A DNA stretch of 64,000 nt, from the NCBI GenBank assembly GCA_016748015.1, contig JAAOMT010000372.1, forward strand, positions 186,001 through 250,000, read 5' to 3'. Shown in pieces: positions 27,201-41,800 of this stretch (position 1 is the first letter of the stretch; the number at the start of each line of letters is the position of its first letter). The notes beneath the pieces were generated by a model that worked only from the letters and a program-made list of their open reading frames with translations, did no database searches and was not told the origin of the DNA. The translations under genes and the position numbers were made by a program. Source of the DNA: Geosiphon pyriformis uo1 (taxonomy: Eukaryota; Fungi; Glomeromycota).

Positions 27201-27869
27201 GGATTTTATTAACACAGATAGTTCACTAAAGTGGGATTCCAGAGAAGCCAACCTAGATTTAACAGCAGAATTGGGATTAGAAGGGACAGCAGACAACTTG
27301 GATGTCACAGTTTTGGGAGGACCACCAAGATCCAAGTCTATATCAGCAGCAGTAGCACCAGGAGGAACCACAAAAGCAGCAGCCTTGGCATAAAATTTAG
27401 ATCCAACAAATGAAGGTTTGAAATTACTGGAGCCACCAAAGATGTTAAAAGGGAGTTTGGGTGGGAGAAGAGGTAACTTTTTGCAGTCCATAGCCAAATA
27501 ATTTAAGTCTTGACACCTGTAGCAGCAGTAACACCCAGGAGTTTCCCACCAGATGCGACAACCACGCAAGGTACTAGTTTTTGACATAGCAACATTCAGA
27601 TATTCCAAAAAATCAAAGGTAACTACAGCAAAGCATTAACATTGATAAGATTTAGGGGAGCAAGGAATGAAACATGTATGGCCACCAACTTGGAAGACCA
27701 AATCACTTATCTCAAAGACAGTACAGCCAAATAGAAGATTAACCAACTTAGCTTTGAATGCATCTCTTGAGGAGATAACCTCCTTTTGGTTGGCAATGGA
27801 AAGAATCCTAACACTATTTTTTCTGACCAATACAGACCAGTTAGAGAGAGCAGCAGCAGCAAAAGTGTC
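24294..27869 (-). mobile_element. HAL-like element H0, oldest host (visible pieces about 24294-24365 and 26821-27869)
   Basis: 3' ORF region is continuous across H3; truncated on the left by H1 and on the right by the LINE-A2 polyA. Confidence 0.85.
24366..26808 (-). mobile_element. HAL-like element H3, full length, subfamily 2 (ORF 24515-26781), inserted in H0
   Basis: T run 24366-24385; ~12-bp degenerate TSD TACATTTTACTC / TACATTTTATCC (24354-24365 / 26809-26820). Confidence 0.92.
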
Positions 27870-30800
27870 TTTTTTTTTTTTTTGTTAACATGTAACTATG
27901 CTGGTCTTTTATTAGTTTAGTCACACTCAAAAAAGCATGATTTTTTCATAAAGCCAACTCACCCAATAATCTAAATTACAAGATGTGGCTAACCACTAAG
28001 TGGTTATGCCTAACTATATGCTAGTATAACCAAAAATTCTATGGAGTATCATACTATTACACAATATACTCCTACCACAAAAAACATTAGTCAGTATATT
28101 ATTACATTGTGTGAATACATTACCTATTTTGACTATGGGTTTGCCAGTATCCTTACTACTATTCTTTGAAGTGCTATGTATGTTAAAACCATCAGATGGA
28201 TTTCTCTTAACCCTATTATCAATACCCATTGATTTTTCCCATTTAGTTTGCAATTTGCAACGTTCTCCTCACAATTTATTCCTTGCTTGAGTAACTGCCT
28301 ATTTACACACCTTAATTAATATATTATTGTTAGTCCTTAGGTCTATGTCAGCAAAGGCATTGATTCTTCTAAATTGTTAATTGATCAATCCTTTGCATAG
28401 CAGATCTATGTTAGATGTTGACATAATGTATTTATTGGACAATACAATCTTCCCATCAGTGTTTAGGGCTTCACGTCCCTTTTCACTGCCTCTGAAAGAC
28501 ACTGTATCCACTTATTTCTTACATCATTAATCAATGTCTTGCCCTCTTGGGTATTCCAAGAGCATTCCCAAAAGTGCTGGTTGGTTTCCATTTCTTTGTA
28601 ACATATTTTGCAAAGATTGTTCAGATATACAAAGGGACATCTGTTGTATAGCACCTCTGTTGTTGGCAACATGTTGTGAAATGATTTCATAATAAATGTG
28701 TGCATTGCTAAAGAACCAGCTGAGATGAAGCCTGATGACATTTTACTATTCCAGTTCCAAATCTTGGTTGTGTATGTTCAGTCTATATCCTGGTCTAAAG
28801 ATCCTATTGTCTCTTGAACTTTGTTGTTGTCTATCCAATTCAAAACTAGTCTGTTTGCTCAGAAAATGTCTAATATTTAGATCTAATTCAACTTCTCTAC
28901 AAAAGAGAATGTATGTGATCTCCTTAGCATTATAGGCCCACCCCACTGTGTCAAGAGTAATAAATTCTTTGGCTAGTTTGTCAGCCTTTTCATTTTCTAA
29001 TATACCAGTATGTGCAGCCACTTTGTTCATGTTGAGATCAATCCTCTTTTTCTTTATTATTGCTCTGATTGCATTCCATGTGTGCCAGTTTGAAGTTTTG
29101 AGAATTTTTGAACAACCATTTTTGAGCTGTTGATATTACTGCTTAACTATCTGTGTTTATTGTAAGTTTGCATCTGTAAGGTATTGCTTCCAAAGCCAAC
29201 AATACAGCCTTTGCTTCTGTTTTTGTTGATGATAATGTTCTATCAACTGCTATACTAAATTCAGTCTCTATCCCATGTGTTATGAAAGCAGCTGCTTCTC
29301 TTGCATTCTCAGAACCAGCTTTTACCAGTGAGTCATCTGTTGATATTTTTATCTCTTTTCTGCATCTTAACTTCTCTCATACACCTCTCCATTATGGTAA
29401 TAAAGTGTCAGAGATATGGATGTAAATAGTGTCTCTTTGTATTGTTTCTAAATCATCTGGTATTTGGTTAGTCAGTTTGTGCATTTCCAATACTTCACAT
29501 TGGGCTGCATCAATGTTTCTGCATTCATCTATAATGATAGTGGATTCTAGTATCTTAAACCATCTGGGTATTCTCCCACTGTCACTTTGTCTGTACATTT
29601 TTGTGAAGTCTATCCATGTCATCAATAAACCATCCTTGTTCTATACCTGATGTAAATACAAAATGTTCTCCTTCCTTAATAGGCTTCTAACTTTAGAGTA
29701 GGCCACCTTTGAGGTTATAAAAGACTCAATTAAATGTGCATGTGGTCTTAAAGATTCAGGTACCCCATATGTATCACCATAGCTTTTGAATAAGATGCCC
29801 CTTTCTTCCATTATCTACGCAATATTTGCTATGAGATTAACCTCTGGCTTAGATCATTCATTAGTGAGATATTCAAGTAAACTATAAACTGACCATCTCT
29901 GTGCCTGCAAGTTGGCTAGTCTGATTTTTGTAGCTACTCCAGCAATATTATTACTGTTTAATCTAACCAGCAAATCTGTTATCTTGCTTTTTGCTTGTAT
30001 ATCCTTGATTCTAAACAAGTTGTATAAAGATAAGTGATGCATTGTACTGGCTAGGAAATCTATTGAAAGTTTTGCCTTTTTTTTTACAGTGGCCGAGATC
30101 TTTGAAGTCCATCTTCTGGCCCAGCTATTTGGAATATGAGTTAATTGAGATCTAAATTCTATTGCTGGATTGAGTATACTGTTAAAAATGTAAATTGCCT
30201 GTTTTTCAGTAATGTGTTTTTTCTTAATAAACCCACAGACTGCTTCAATGTCAGAGTCTATCATTTTCAGCACAGTATCATTTTTTCCATCTGCTCTAAT
30301 TCACACCCCCAAATATTAGGTACATGTAGATGGGTTCAGCAGTTTTAGGGTTTGTTTGTTTGGTCCAAATTCTAGTGGTTCAACCAATACTGATTTCCTC
30401 TTGAAGGGTCTGACCACTATTGTTTCAGTTTTGTCTAAGTTAATCTCAATATCCACCATTCTAAAAAAGGCAGTGGCTGTGTTTAGAATGCTTTGCATAC
30501 CCTGTCTTGAATTAGCTATTCATACTGTGTTATCAACAAAGGCAAGGTGATTTACTGAAACCAACAGGGACTGTGTGTCTGTTTGATTGTCTCACTTATT
30601 CCATTTAGCTGCTAATTTGTATCCATAGTTATAATTGGCCTGTTTCACTTCACACAGTAAAGGGTCATAGAAAATTCTCCACATAATGGGTAAGCTTGTT
30701 TTCTCCTGATCTAGTCTATTTTGTACTTGATATTCATCACTTAAACCAAACTCAGTTATGATTCTATTGCTTCTATTGTTGTGCATCAAGCCAAATAGCT

Positions 30801-31201
30801 TAGTAAACCTATTGTTCATCTTGATCTTTTTTAGTGCAGCTTCTATGGGTTTCCATCCCACTGAGTCATATGTCTTTTTCATGTCCTGAAATGTAAACCA
30901 AGTCTTATTACCAAATTTTCTTGTAAGCTCAGCAATAGCATTAATCACATGAATTGATACTGCTGTAGATGTGTTCTTTAAAATTGAGGTGTTGTAACCT
31001 TTTAAGACATTGTGGAGCTCACATGCTTTTGATATTCTTGCAGTTAGGATCTTTGTTAATATTTTTCTAGTACTTTCAATGAGTGTGATTGGCCTGGTGA
31101 TGTTAATATTGCCACCTTATTTTTTTGGCTTTGGAATTAGTATGACTTGTGCTATTTTCCACTCTTTAGGCATGTTTGCTGCATCTATGCAAGCATTAAG
31201 C
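27870..31201 (-). mobile_element. LINE-A copy 2 (3' half: RT, RNase H, zinc finger, tail), inserted in H0 and interrupted at 31201 by H5
   Basis: T run 27870-27883; ORF2 fragments homologous to 8730-11932; ends GYTSI* at 28014. Confidence 0.94.
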
Positions 31202-32682
31202 TATTAGTGAAAAGCTGCCTTTAGCAGCTTCTGGTTCATTTTTTTCACATTTGGCTGGTAGTTTTTTTCCAGTCAAAGTTCTTTCAAAAAGGCACACTTG
31301 GATTAGTCCCAGTGTTGTTTCTATCACTTCAAAAAGCCCAAAGATTTTTAATAACAGACCAGTCAACAAGTTGGTCTTTTCTGTTCTTACTACTCCCATT
31401 ACTACTTCTACTGCTACTGCTTTACAAATGGCTGTAAAAGCAAAAAATTCCAAAAAACAGCAGCAGGCAGTCACAACTGCTATGGTCCCTTCATGGTTCC
31501 AGATGAGATCTTGGGTAAGATCTCCACAGCAGCAGCCAGCCCTCTTCCTGATATGGATGGTAATAGCAATAGCTTATCTCCTAATATGAAACAAGATCAA
31601 CTACTGGCTGTATTGCCTGATGTGATAATTTTTGGCAGATTTTCTCCTGCCATGAAAGCAAAACAGTCTATCATTTCAGATGATCTAAAAGATTGGGTTG
31701 ATCAGATGGAAATGGAATCTTTTTTTTTTTGTTAATGTGTAGTCATGCCAGTTGTTTATTAGTTATTCCACAGTAATGTGGTGGTTTCATAAAGCCAGCT
31801 CACCCAATAATACATATTACAAGATGCGGCTAACCACAAGTGGAAAGTCCTAACTACACACTAGTACTACCTTTGCTACCTAATGTATTAAACATATTTA
31901 ATTCATACATCTTAACAAGACTGCTCATTCACTTAGCAGTCTAATCTGGATCGGACTTGATATTAGAGGATTGAACCTCCCATAACTCCATCATCGCATC
32001 AAATATATCATCATAGACCGAAAAATCTTTAGCATCACCATTATCATCATCATCATCCATGTCATCATCATCAGATATGTTATAGTGTACCTTTCCACTT
32101 CTCAACTTGAGGGCTCCCACTTCTTTTTGCAGCACAGAAGCCACAACATGAACAGTCTTAATTTGGTTTCCCAATCCAATCACACTTTCTTTCATTGCCT
32201 CTGCCATAACTGGTGGAATAAACAATAATGTAGTAACCAATGCAACCAAAGAACTCACAGGCTCAACTATAGATTTGATTAACAAAAACAGTTCACTAAG
32301 TTGGGTTTCCAGAGAAGCCAACCTAGCATTAACAGCAACATCTGAACCAGAGGAGGCAACCGGCAACAGTGGCACGACAACTTTGGGGGAGGTACTGAAA
32401 GCCAGACCCATATCAGTAGCTGCAGCAACTGGAAGGACCACAGAAGTGACAGCTTTGGCATAGGATTTAGCTCCAATGAAGGATGACTTGAAAATAATGG
32501 GACCACCAGCAGAATTAGAAGAAAGTTTGGAAGGGAAAGGTAGCAACATCTTGCAGTTCACAGCCAAATGATCTAAACTTTGACATCTATAGCAGCGATG
32601 ACATCCAAAAGTTTCCCACCAGATGCAGCAGCCACATAAGATACTAGTTTTTGAAACAGCAGCATTCAAAGATTTCAAAGAG

Positions 32683-35275
<2,593 letters not shown>

Positions 35276-36893
35276 AAAGATTCCAAAGAGCCAAAGGTCA
35301 CCACTATAAAGCATTGATGTCGATAGGAATTAAGGAAGCGGGGAATGAAACACGTACAGCCACCAACTTGGGAAACCAGATCACTTATTTCAAATACAGT
35401 ACAGCCAAATAGAAGATTAACCAGCTTAGTTTTGAAAGCATCTCTTGAGGAGATAACTTTCTTTTGGTTGGCAATGGGAAAAATCCTAACACTATCTTTT
35501 CTGACCAACACAGACCAGTTAAAGAGAGCAGCAGCAGCAGAAGAAATGTCCTTAAAATTAACCACAGCATATTGCCATAAGCCAGCAGGCTTTAACTTAA
35601 CAGAAGTGACAACACCAAAAATGCCAAGAGCAGATTTGATGTCATCAGAAGAGACACTCAAGGGTATATCACACAGTGCAACTAACAAAGAAGGGGAAGA
35701 AACAGAGGCCACTTCTGAAGACCATGCAATCTTAAGAGTGGTCAAAAAAACCTCATCACTAATGGCCACTTTGGTAGCACTATTTAGACACTTCTGAGAT
35801 GCAAATTCCACACAGAACAACTTGACAGCATCTTGTGAAACAGATTTAAGCCCAATACAACTAGGCAGCAACTGAAACAAAGAACTAAGAAAGCCATCTT
35901 AATCTTAAATGTAGCACCAGGTACAAGATTGGAGGCCACCCAACCAGAGAACCTTTGACGTCCATTCACATTTACCCAAGCACTAGCATCAGATACACCA
36001 AAAACTGGGAGAGGGGAACAGTTGATTCCATTTCTATCTGATCAGTCCAATCTTTGAGATTATCTGGATTGATGGACTGTTTTGCTACTGGGATTGGCAA
36101 TGATCTGTTGGAGAGTACCACATCAGACAACACAGCCAGTGGTTGATCTTGGTCCATCTTGGGAGATGTGCCGCTGCTGTTGCCATCCATATCAGGAATA
36201 GGGCTGGCTGCTGCTGTGAAGATCTTACTGAAGATCTCATCTGGAACCACAAAGGGGTTTGGTGTGACCATGGCAGTTGTAACTGCCTGCTGCTGTTTTT
36301 TGGGATTTTTCGCTTTTGCGGCCATTTGTGAAGCAGTAGTAGTAGAAGTAGTAGTAAGAATGGTGAGAGCAGGAAAAACCAACTTGTTGACTAGTCTGTT
36401 ATTAAAAATCTTTGGGCTCTTTGAAGTGGTAAAGACAACACTAGGACTAATCTGAGTGTGCCTTTTTGAAAAGACTTTGACTGAAGAAGAACTTCCAGCC
36501 AAAGGAAAAGAAAATGAACCAGAAGCCACTAAAAGCAGCTTATTACTATTATTTTTTAAAGGAAATGTTGCCAGAACGTTTTGTTTAGCTGCTTCAATAA
36601 CAGAGAGACCCTCTTGTGTTGAAACTTTATTAGTTACTATAGAAAAAGTAATGTTTGCAACTTTTTTACTCTTAGCTCTATTTGTGGTCATGAAATTTAG
36701 GAGAAAAAGAGTTTTTTTTTTTTTTGTTTATGGAAATGGAATCATCTACTCCTTCCCCAGTTTCTGGAAGTGCTTGGATGAACATGAATGGTCAACAAAA
36801 GTTCTCTGGGTGGGTGGCCTCCACTCTTGTGCCTGGTGCCACATTCAAGATCAAGATGTTCTTTCTTAGTTCTTTGTTTCAGCTTCTGCCTGG

Positions 36894-37981
36894 TGTTACA
36901 GGTAAACTTAGTGAGTATGGGAAATGGTAATGTTTGGTGCTCTCAATTATTGATGATGCGTCTTCCGTGTAATTCTGTTGGCTTAGTCTTGATTATCAGT
37001 CTCTAAAAGTCTATTCCTGGATGTGAATTTTACCCATTGAGTTCTTTGGTTATAAGGCACAGAGTTTGTCTTTCGTCGATTGCAACATTTTTTGTAAATA
37101 TGAGCTTTCTTCTCCGAGCTAACAAGCACAGTCGTTAGGATCTGGCGTTGTCTTTTCACTCTTCTGGTAAGCTAACAAGATAATGTTAATATCCAAAACT
37201 TAGAGGGAGCTTCTCTCTTTTACCAGGCTATCACAAAGTCTATTCCCAGACAGTCAATTTTACTATGTTGCTGCTTCACAAAAAATTAAGACAGAAAAAG
37301 AAAGAAAAAGAAAAGAAAAGAAAAGAGAAAAAAGATAAATTAGTATCATCAATTGCTGTGATCAAAAATGATTGGTCCAAATCATTAATAGGTTTGAGGC
37401 AGTTATGCTAAGAGCATCTGTTCTAGAATGGAGGTACAAGACAAGGGTTAATTCACGTAAATTTCATAAAGTTTGAGAACATGAATTTGTGATTCTGATT
37501 TTTTTTAATAATTGGTTTATTTCAGGAGATGAAATAAGGAAGATAATAAAGGATGAAGGGTTATGGATATTTTAATTTCTGGTCTAGAGGTTCATATCTA
37601 TTTTTTTTTTCTCTGCCTTTTCTCACTTCTATAACTACTTGGTTTTATTCATTCTTTTGGTTTTACAGGATTGCTTTCAATTGTCTCACTATCACTAGCT
37701 ATTGCTTTGTTGTTTCTGTTATTGCTTTGTTTTTCTATGTTATTGCTAGTTATTCTATGTTATAACAAATTATCTGACATTATTACATGTTATTCTGTGT
37801 TATCCTGCGTTATAACACGTTATTCTATATTATTGCGTGCTATTCTGTGTTATCCTGCATTATAACACGTTATCCAATGTTATAATGCATTATCCAACAT
37901 TATTGTGCATTATTCTGTGTTATGTCACATTTTGGTCACGTTTCTTTATAACTTTGGATCGGTTTTTCTACTTGGGTAACA
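36894..37981 (-). repeat. Gypsy-B 3' LTR (degenerate GTTAT-rich tandem repeats about 37740-37930)
   Basis: Direct repeat of 46004-47085; adjacent to the PPT. Confidence 0.95.
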
Positions 37982-37995
37982 TTATCTCTCTCTTT

Positions 37996-38730
37996 TTAAA
38001 ATTGAGCTCTTGTGAAACCATATGTATCTGTTATCATGGCTTCATTCGTGTAATGTTTGATTGTTGCCTCGAGTATTGCCTTTTGTAGGTCTTCGAACTG
38101 TTGATTGGTTATTCATCTTATGCTGTTAACTGTTATAGTTTTCATAGATCCATTCAGTAGTATGTTTGGGTAATGTTGAAACGTGGCGTATAGTCGGTAT
38201 GCTGCTTTGTAATGTAGGGTCAAGTTGTTTTTCCCTATGAATTTTTCTACTTGTTGTATTGCTTCTTTGTTGAACGTTTTCTGGCTGAGGTCTTTGTATA
38301 ATGTTTTCAAGTCAAGCTGTTCTCCAATTTTGTAGAACCAATAAGCTGGAGGAAGTTTTTCTTTCTATTTCTGGGCATTGTCAGGTGTCCACTTCTCTGT
38401 TTTGAGGAGTTCAGTCCCACGAGCTAAAGCTTCTTTTATTTCTTCGAGCTCAGGGATCAAGTATCTTTTTTTGTAACCTTTTTCTCATTCTTTGCCTTCT
38501 TCTTTTCCACCCCTCGCCCAAAGGCAATTTTTCCTCCCATATTGTTTTTCAGGTGGTGAGTAGGGTAGGAAATGTTTAGTTCTAATTGAACTCTTGTCCT
38601 CCCCTCTCCTGCTCTTATCTTTGTACCATATCTTTTTTTTATCAACTATTATTTCTATTTGAGATGTCGATTTTTGAATTGTTTCAAATAATTGTTTAGA
38701 TAATTTTAAAATTTGATCTGAAAGGTCCAT
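37996..38730 (-). pseudogene. Gypsy-B extra ORF3 (~244 aa) between integrase and PPT
   Basis: ORF pieces 38485-38847 and 38113-38310 are in one frame to a stop at 37996; likely start CAACATG (MDLSDQ..). Confidence 0.7.
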
Positions 38731-38884
38731 GTTGAAATTTCTATCATTTTTTGCTGCTTTTTGAATGCTATATATATTTGAATTCCCCAATTTAATTTGC
38801 TGCCCATTGTTTACATTTCGATGATGATAATTGGTTCCAGATCTCATGGTATATCTTCTGGTCTAATTAATGAAATTTGTGTTC

Positions 38885-41800
38885 CTAGTTGAGGTACTGA
38901 TGACGATAATTCCTGTTTTACATGATAAATTTTTAACCGATTTTCATGCACTACTTTTTTTAAAATCCTGTTTTCCAATCGTAATTTGTAAGCTCCATTT
39001 CCTAATGTTTCGTGTATGTGAAATGAACTGTCCCACTTTGGGTCAAACTTTCCACTCCACTATTTCTCAGCTTTTGTACAATGTAACAGTACTTGGTCTC
39101 CAATCTTGAATTCCATTGGTTGTTCTGGCAGGTGTTTATTATATCTTTCTTTTTGTTGTTTTTGAGCATGACTAATATTGTCAGCTGCTGTTCTTCGATT
39201 GTTTTCCAACGTTTCTATTAGCTGGTATGTTCTTTGGTGTAAGGTAGCCTCAAAATTTTCTTCATTGATTGTTTCTGTTGGGTATGATGGTATCACTTGT
39301 TCAATCAGTAATGTAGCTTTTCTTCTATAGACTAGTTTGAACGGTGTGAACTGAGTCATATTTTGTTTTAATGTTCAGTATACAAAGAGTACAGAAGGTA
39401 TGAATAAGTCCCATTCTTGTCTGTTTTCATGACTTATTTTTGCTAGTGCTTTGCACAGTGTTCTGTTAAACTGTTCTACCAGTTCGTTTGTTTGTGTGTG
39501 GTATAGTAATGATAAGGGTCTCCTTATTCCAAACTGTTGGCTTAGTTCAGTTAGCATATTATTAATGAAATGTGTTTCCTGATTAGATAATAATTCTTTC
39601 GGACATCCATGTCAGCAAATTAGGTCTTAATGCACAAATTCGGCGACTGTTTTGGCGTCGGCCATTTGGATTGCTCTGGCTTCTGGTCATTTTGTAAGAT
39701 AGTCTACGACTACAGCGATATAGCGATTTTCTTGGGATGTAATTGAAAAAAGTCCAACCAAATCGATCTTAATTCTATCAAATGAATTTCTAATTGGAAT
39801 GAGTCGAAGTGGTTCTGTTGATTTTGCTCCTCCTTTTTGCTGGCATGTGTCACAATTGAGCACGTATTCGAAAATGTCTTTGTGCATCATTGGCCAATAG
39901 TATAAGTTTAGTGTTTTTTCGAGGGTAGTGTCTTTGTTAAAGTGTCTTGCAGTCGAATCTGAGTGCATGCTATATAGTATAGTTTCTTTTTCACTGTCTG
40001 TGATTAGTCATTGTGAGTTGGGGTGGTTTTGGTGTTCTCGTCAATATAGTTGGTTGTCTTGAATAAAATAATTTCGGGTTTGTTTTCATATGGTACTTTG
40101 TTTCTATTGAGATAATATCTCCTTGAAACATAGTGTTGATAGGTACTGATGTAGTCATTGATAAGTGAGTGTGTCTATGGGTCTGGGATTAGGTTTGTGG
40201 CATCCTCGACAAACTGTCGGCATTGGTGTTCTTGGATCTTTCTTTGTAATGGACTTTGAGTGGGAATTGTTGCAGATAAGTACTCCATCTCACATATTTT
40301 CCTTCTAGTTGTGGATTGTTGAGTAACCAAATAAGTTCTTTGTGGTCGGTATATAGGTTAAATAGTTGACTGAGGTAATGTTTCCAAGTCTGTATGGCCC
40401 AATAAATGGCAAAACATTCCAGATCTGTTGTGCTGTAATTCTTTTCTGCTGGGCTAGTGCTGCGACTAGCATAGGCAACTGGGTGTTCTTTATTGTCCAG
40501 TTCTATCTGTGATAAGACTGCTCCTAGAGCATTTTTCAAGGCATCCGTAGCAACAATAAACTGTTTAGTAAAATCTAGATAAATCAGAATTGGGGATGTG
40601 ATCAATTGCTGCTTGAGATAGTCGAATGCTTTCTGTTGATCTTCTTTCTACAAGTACAGTACATATTTGGACAACAATTAATGAAGTGGTTTTGTGATGT
40701 TCGAGAAACCTTTGACAAATTGACAATAATATCCTGCTAATCCTAGAAATCTTTGTAATTCTCTGAGATTAATTGGGGCTGGAAAATCCTTGACTTTTTG
40801 TACTTTATCTGAATCGGGTTTAACTCCGTCCTTGCCAATTACATGTCCTAGGAATTTTAACTTGGTTTTTCCAAAGAAGCACTTCTCAGGATTGAGTTTC
40901 AATCTGGCACTACAAAGACGTTTGAAGACTTGTTGCAGGTAGAGCAGATGGTCTTTGAATATTTTGGAGAACACATTTGTATTGTCTAGGTAGACTACTA
41001 CTAATTTCTAAAAGATTCCTTTGTATACTACATCCATCAAGTGTTGAAATGTGGCAGAAGCATTACAAAGTCCAAAAGGCATTATGTTAAACTCAAAGTT
41101 TCCATCTTGAGTGGTAAATGCTGTTTTTCCTTTGTCTTTGGGGTCCATTTCAACTTGCCAGTAACCACTTACTAAATCTAATGACGAGAACCATTTTTTT
41201 TTCCCTAGATTGTCCAGAATTTCCTGGATGAGGGGAGTGGGATAACTATCTCCTTGCATGATGCTATTTAGTTTTCGATAATCTACGCAGAATCGCACTT
41301 TTCTGTTTTTCTTAGTGACCAAGACTACTGGCAAGGACCAAGAGCTTAACGATTCTTTGATTAGGCCGTTATCAAGTATCCGTTGCACTTTTTGCTTAAT
41401 TAGGTTATCACCAGATAGGGGTACGTGGTAAGCTTGTTGCTTAATTGGTCAAGCATCTTCTGTATTAATCTGATGCTTCACAATATCGGTGCATCCAAAC
41501 TTATTTTCACTGGCAAAGACATCGGCATACTGATTCAGAAAGACTTTAAGTTGCATTTGTTGCAGAGTACTTAAATTTCCTAAATTTAATTTATTGATCT
41601 CTTCTAGTGTGAACAAGTAACTTTTTTTTGGCAAATTCCATACTTGTAAGGTAATGTCACAGAATAAGAATAATTGTGCGAAATCTGGAATAAACTGGGG
41701 TTTTTCAGAATTCTGACTATTTGCAGATATGGAACCGACAAGGGTCCCTTTGAGATTTTAATGACCTCTTCTGTCGGGTTGTGGATGGGGATTTTGAAGT

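Noticed and set aside
37740-37930. Short repeats in the LTRs (also 63635-63750) as a CRISPR-like array
   Set aside because: Degenerate tandem units without unique spacers, in eukaryotic LTR context.
37553-38088. Hydrophobic ORFs in the Gypsy-B LTRs (also 46667-47117) as env or membrane proteins
   Set aside because: Antisense translations of T-rich repetitive LTR sequence; reading frames differ between the two LTRs.
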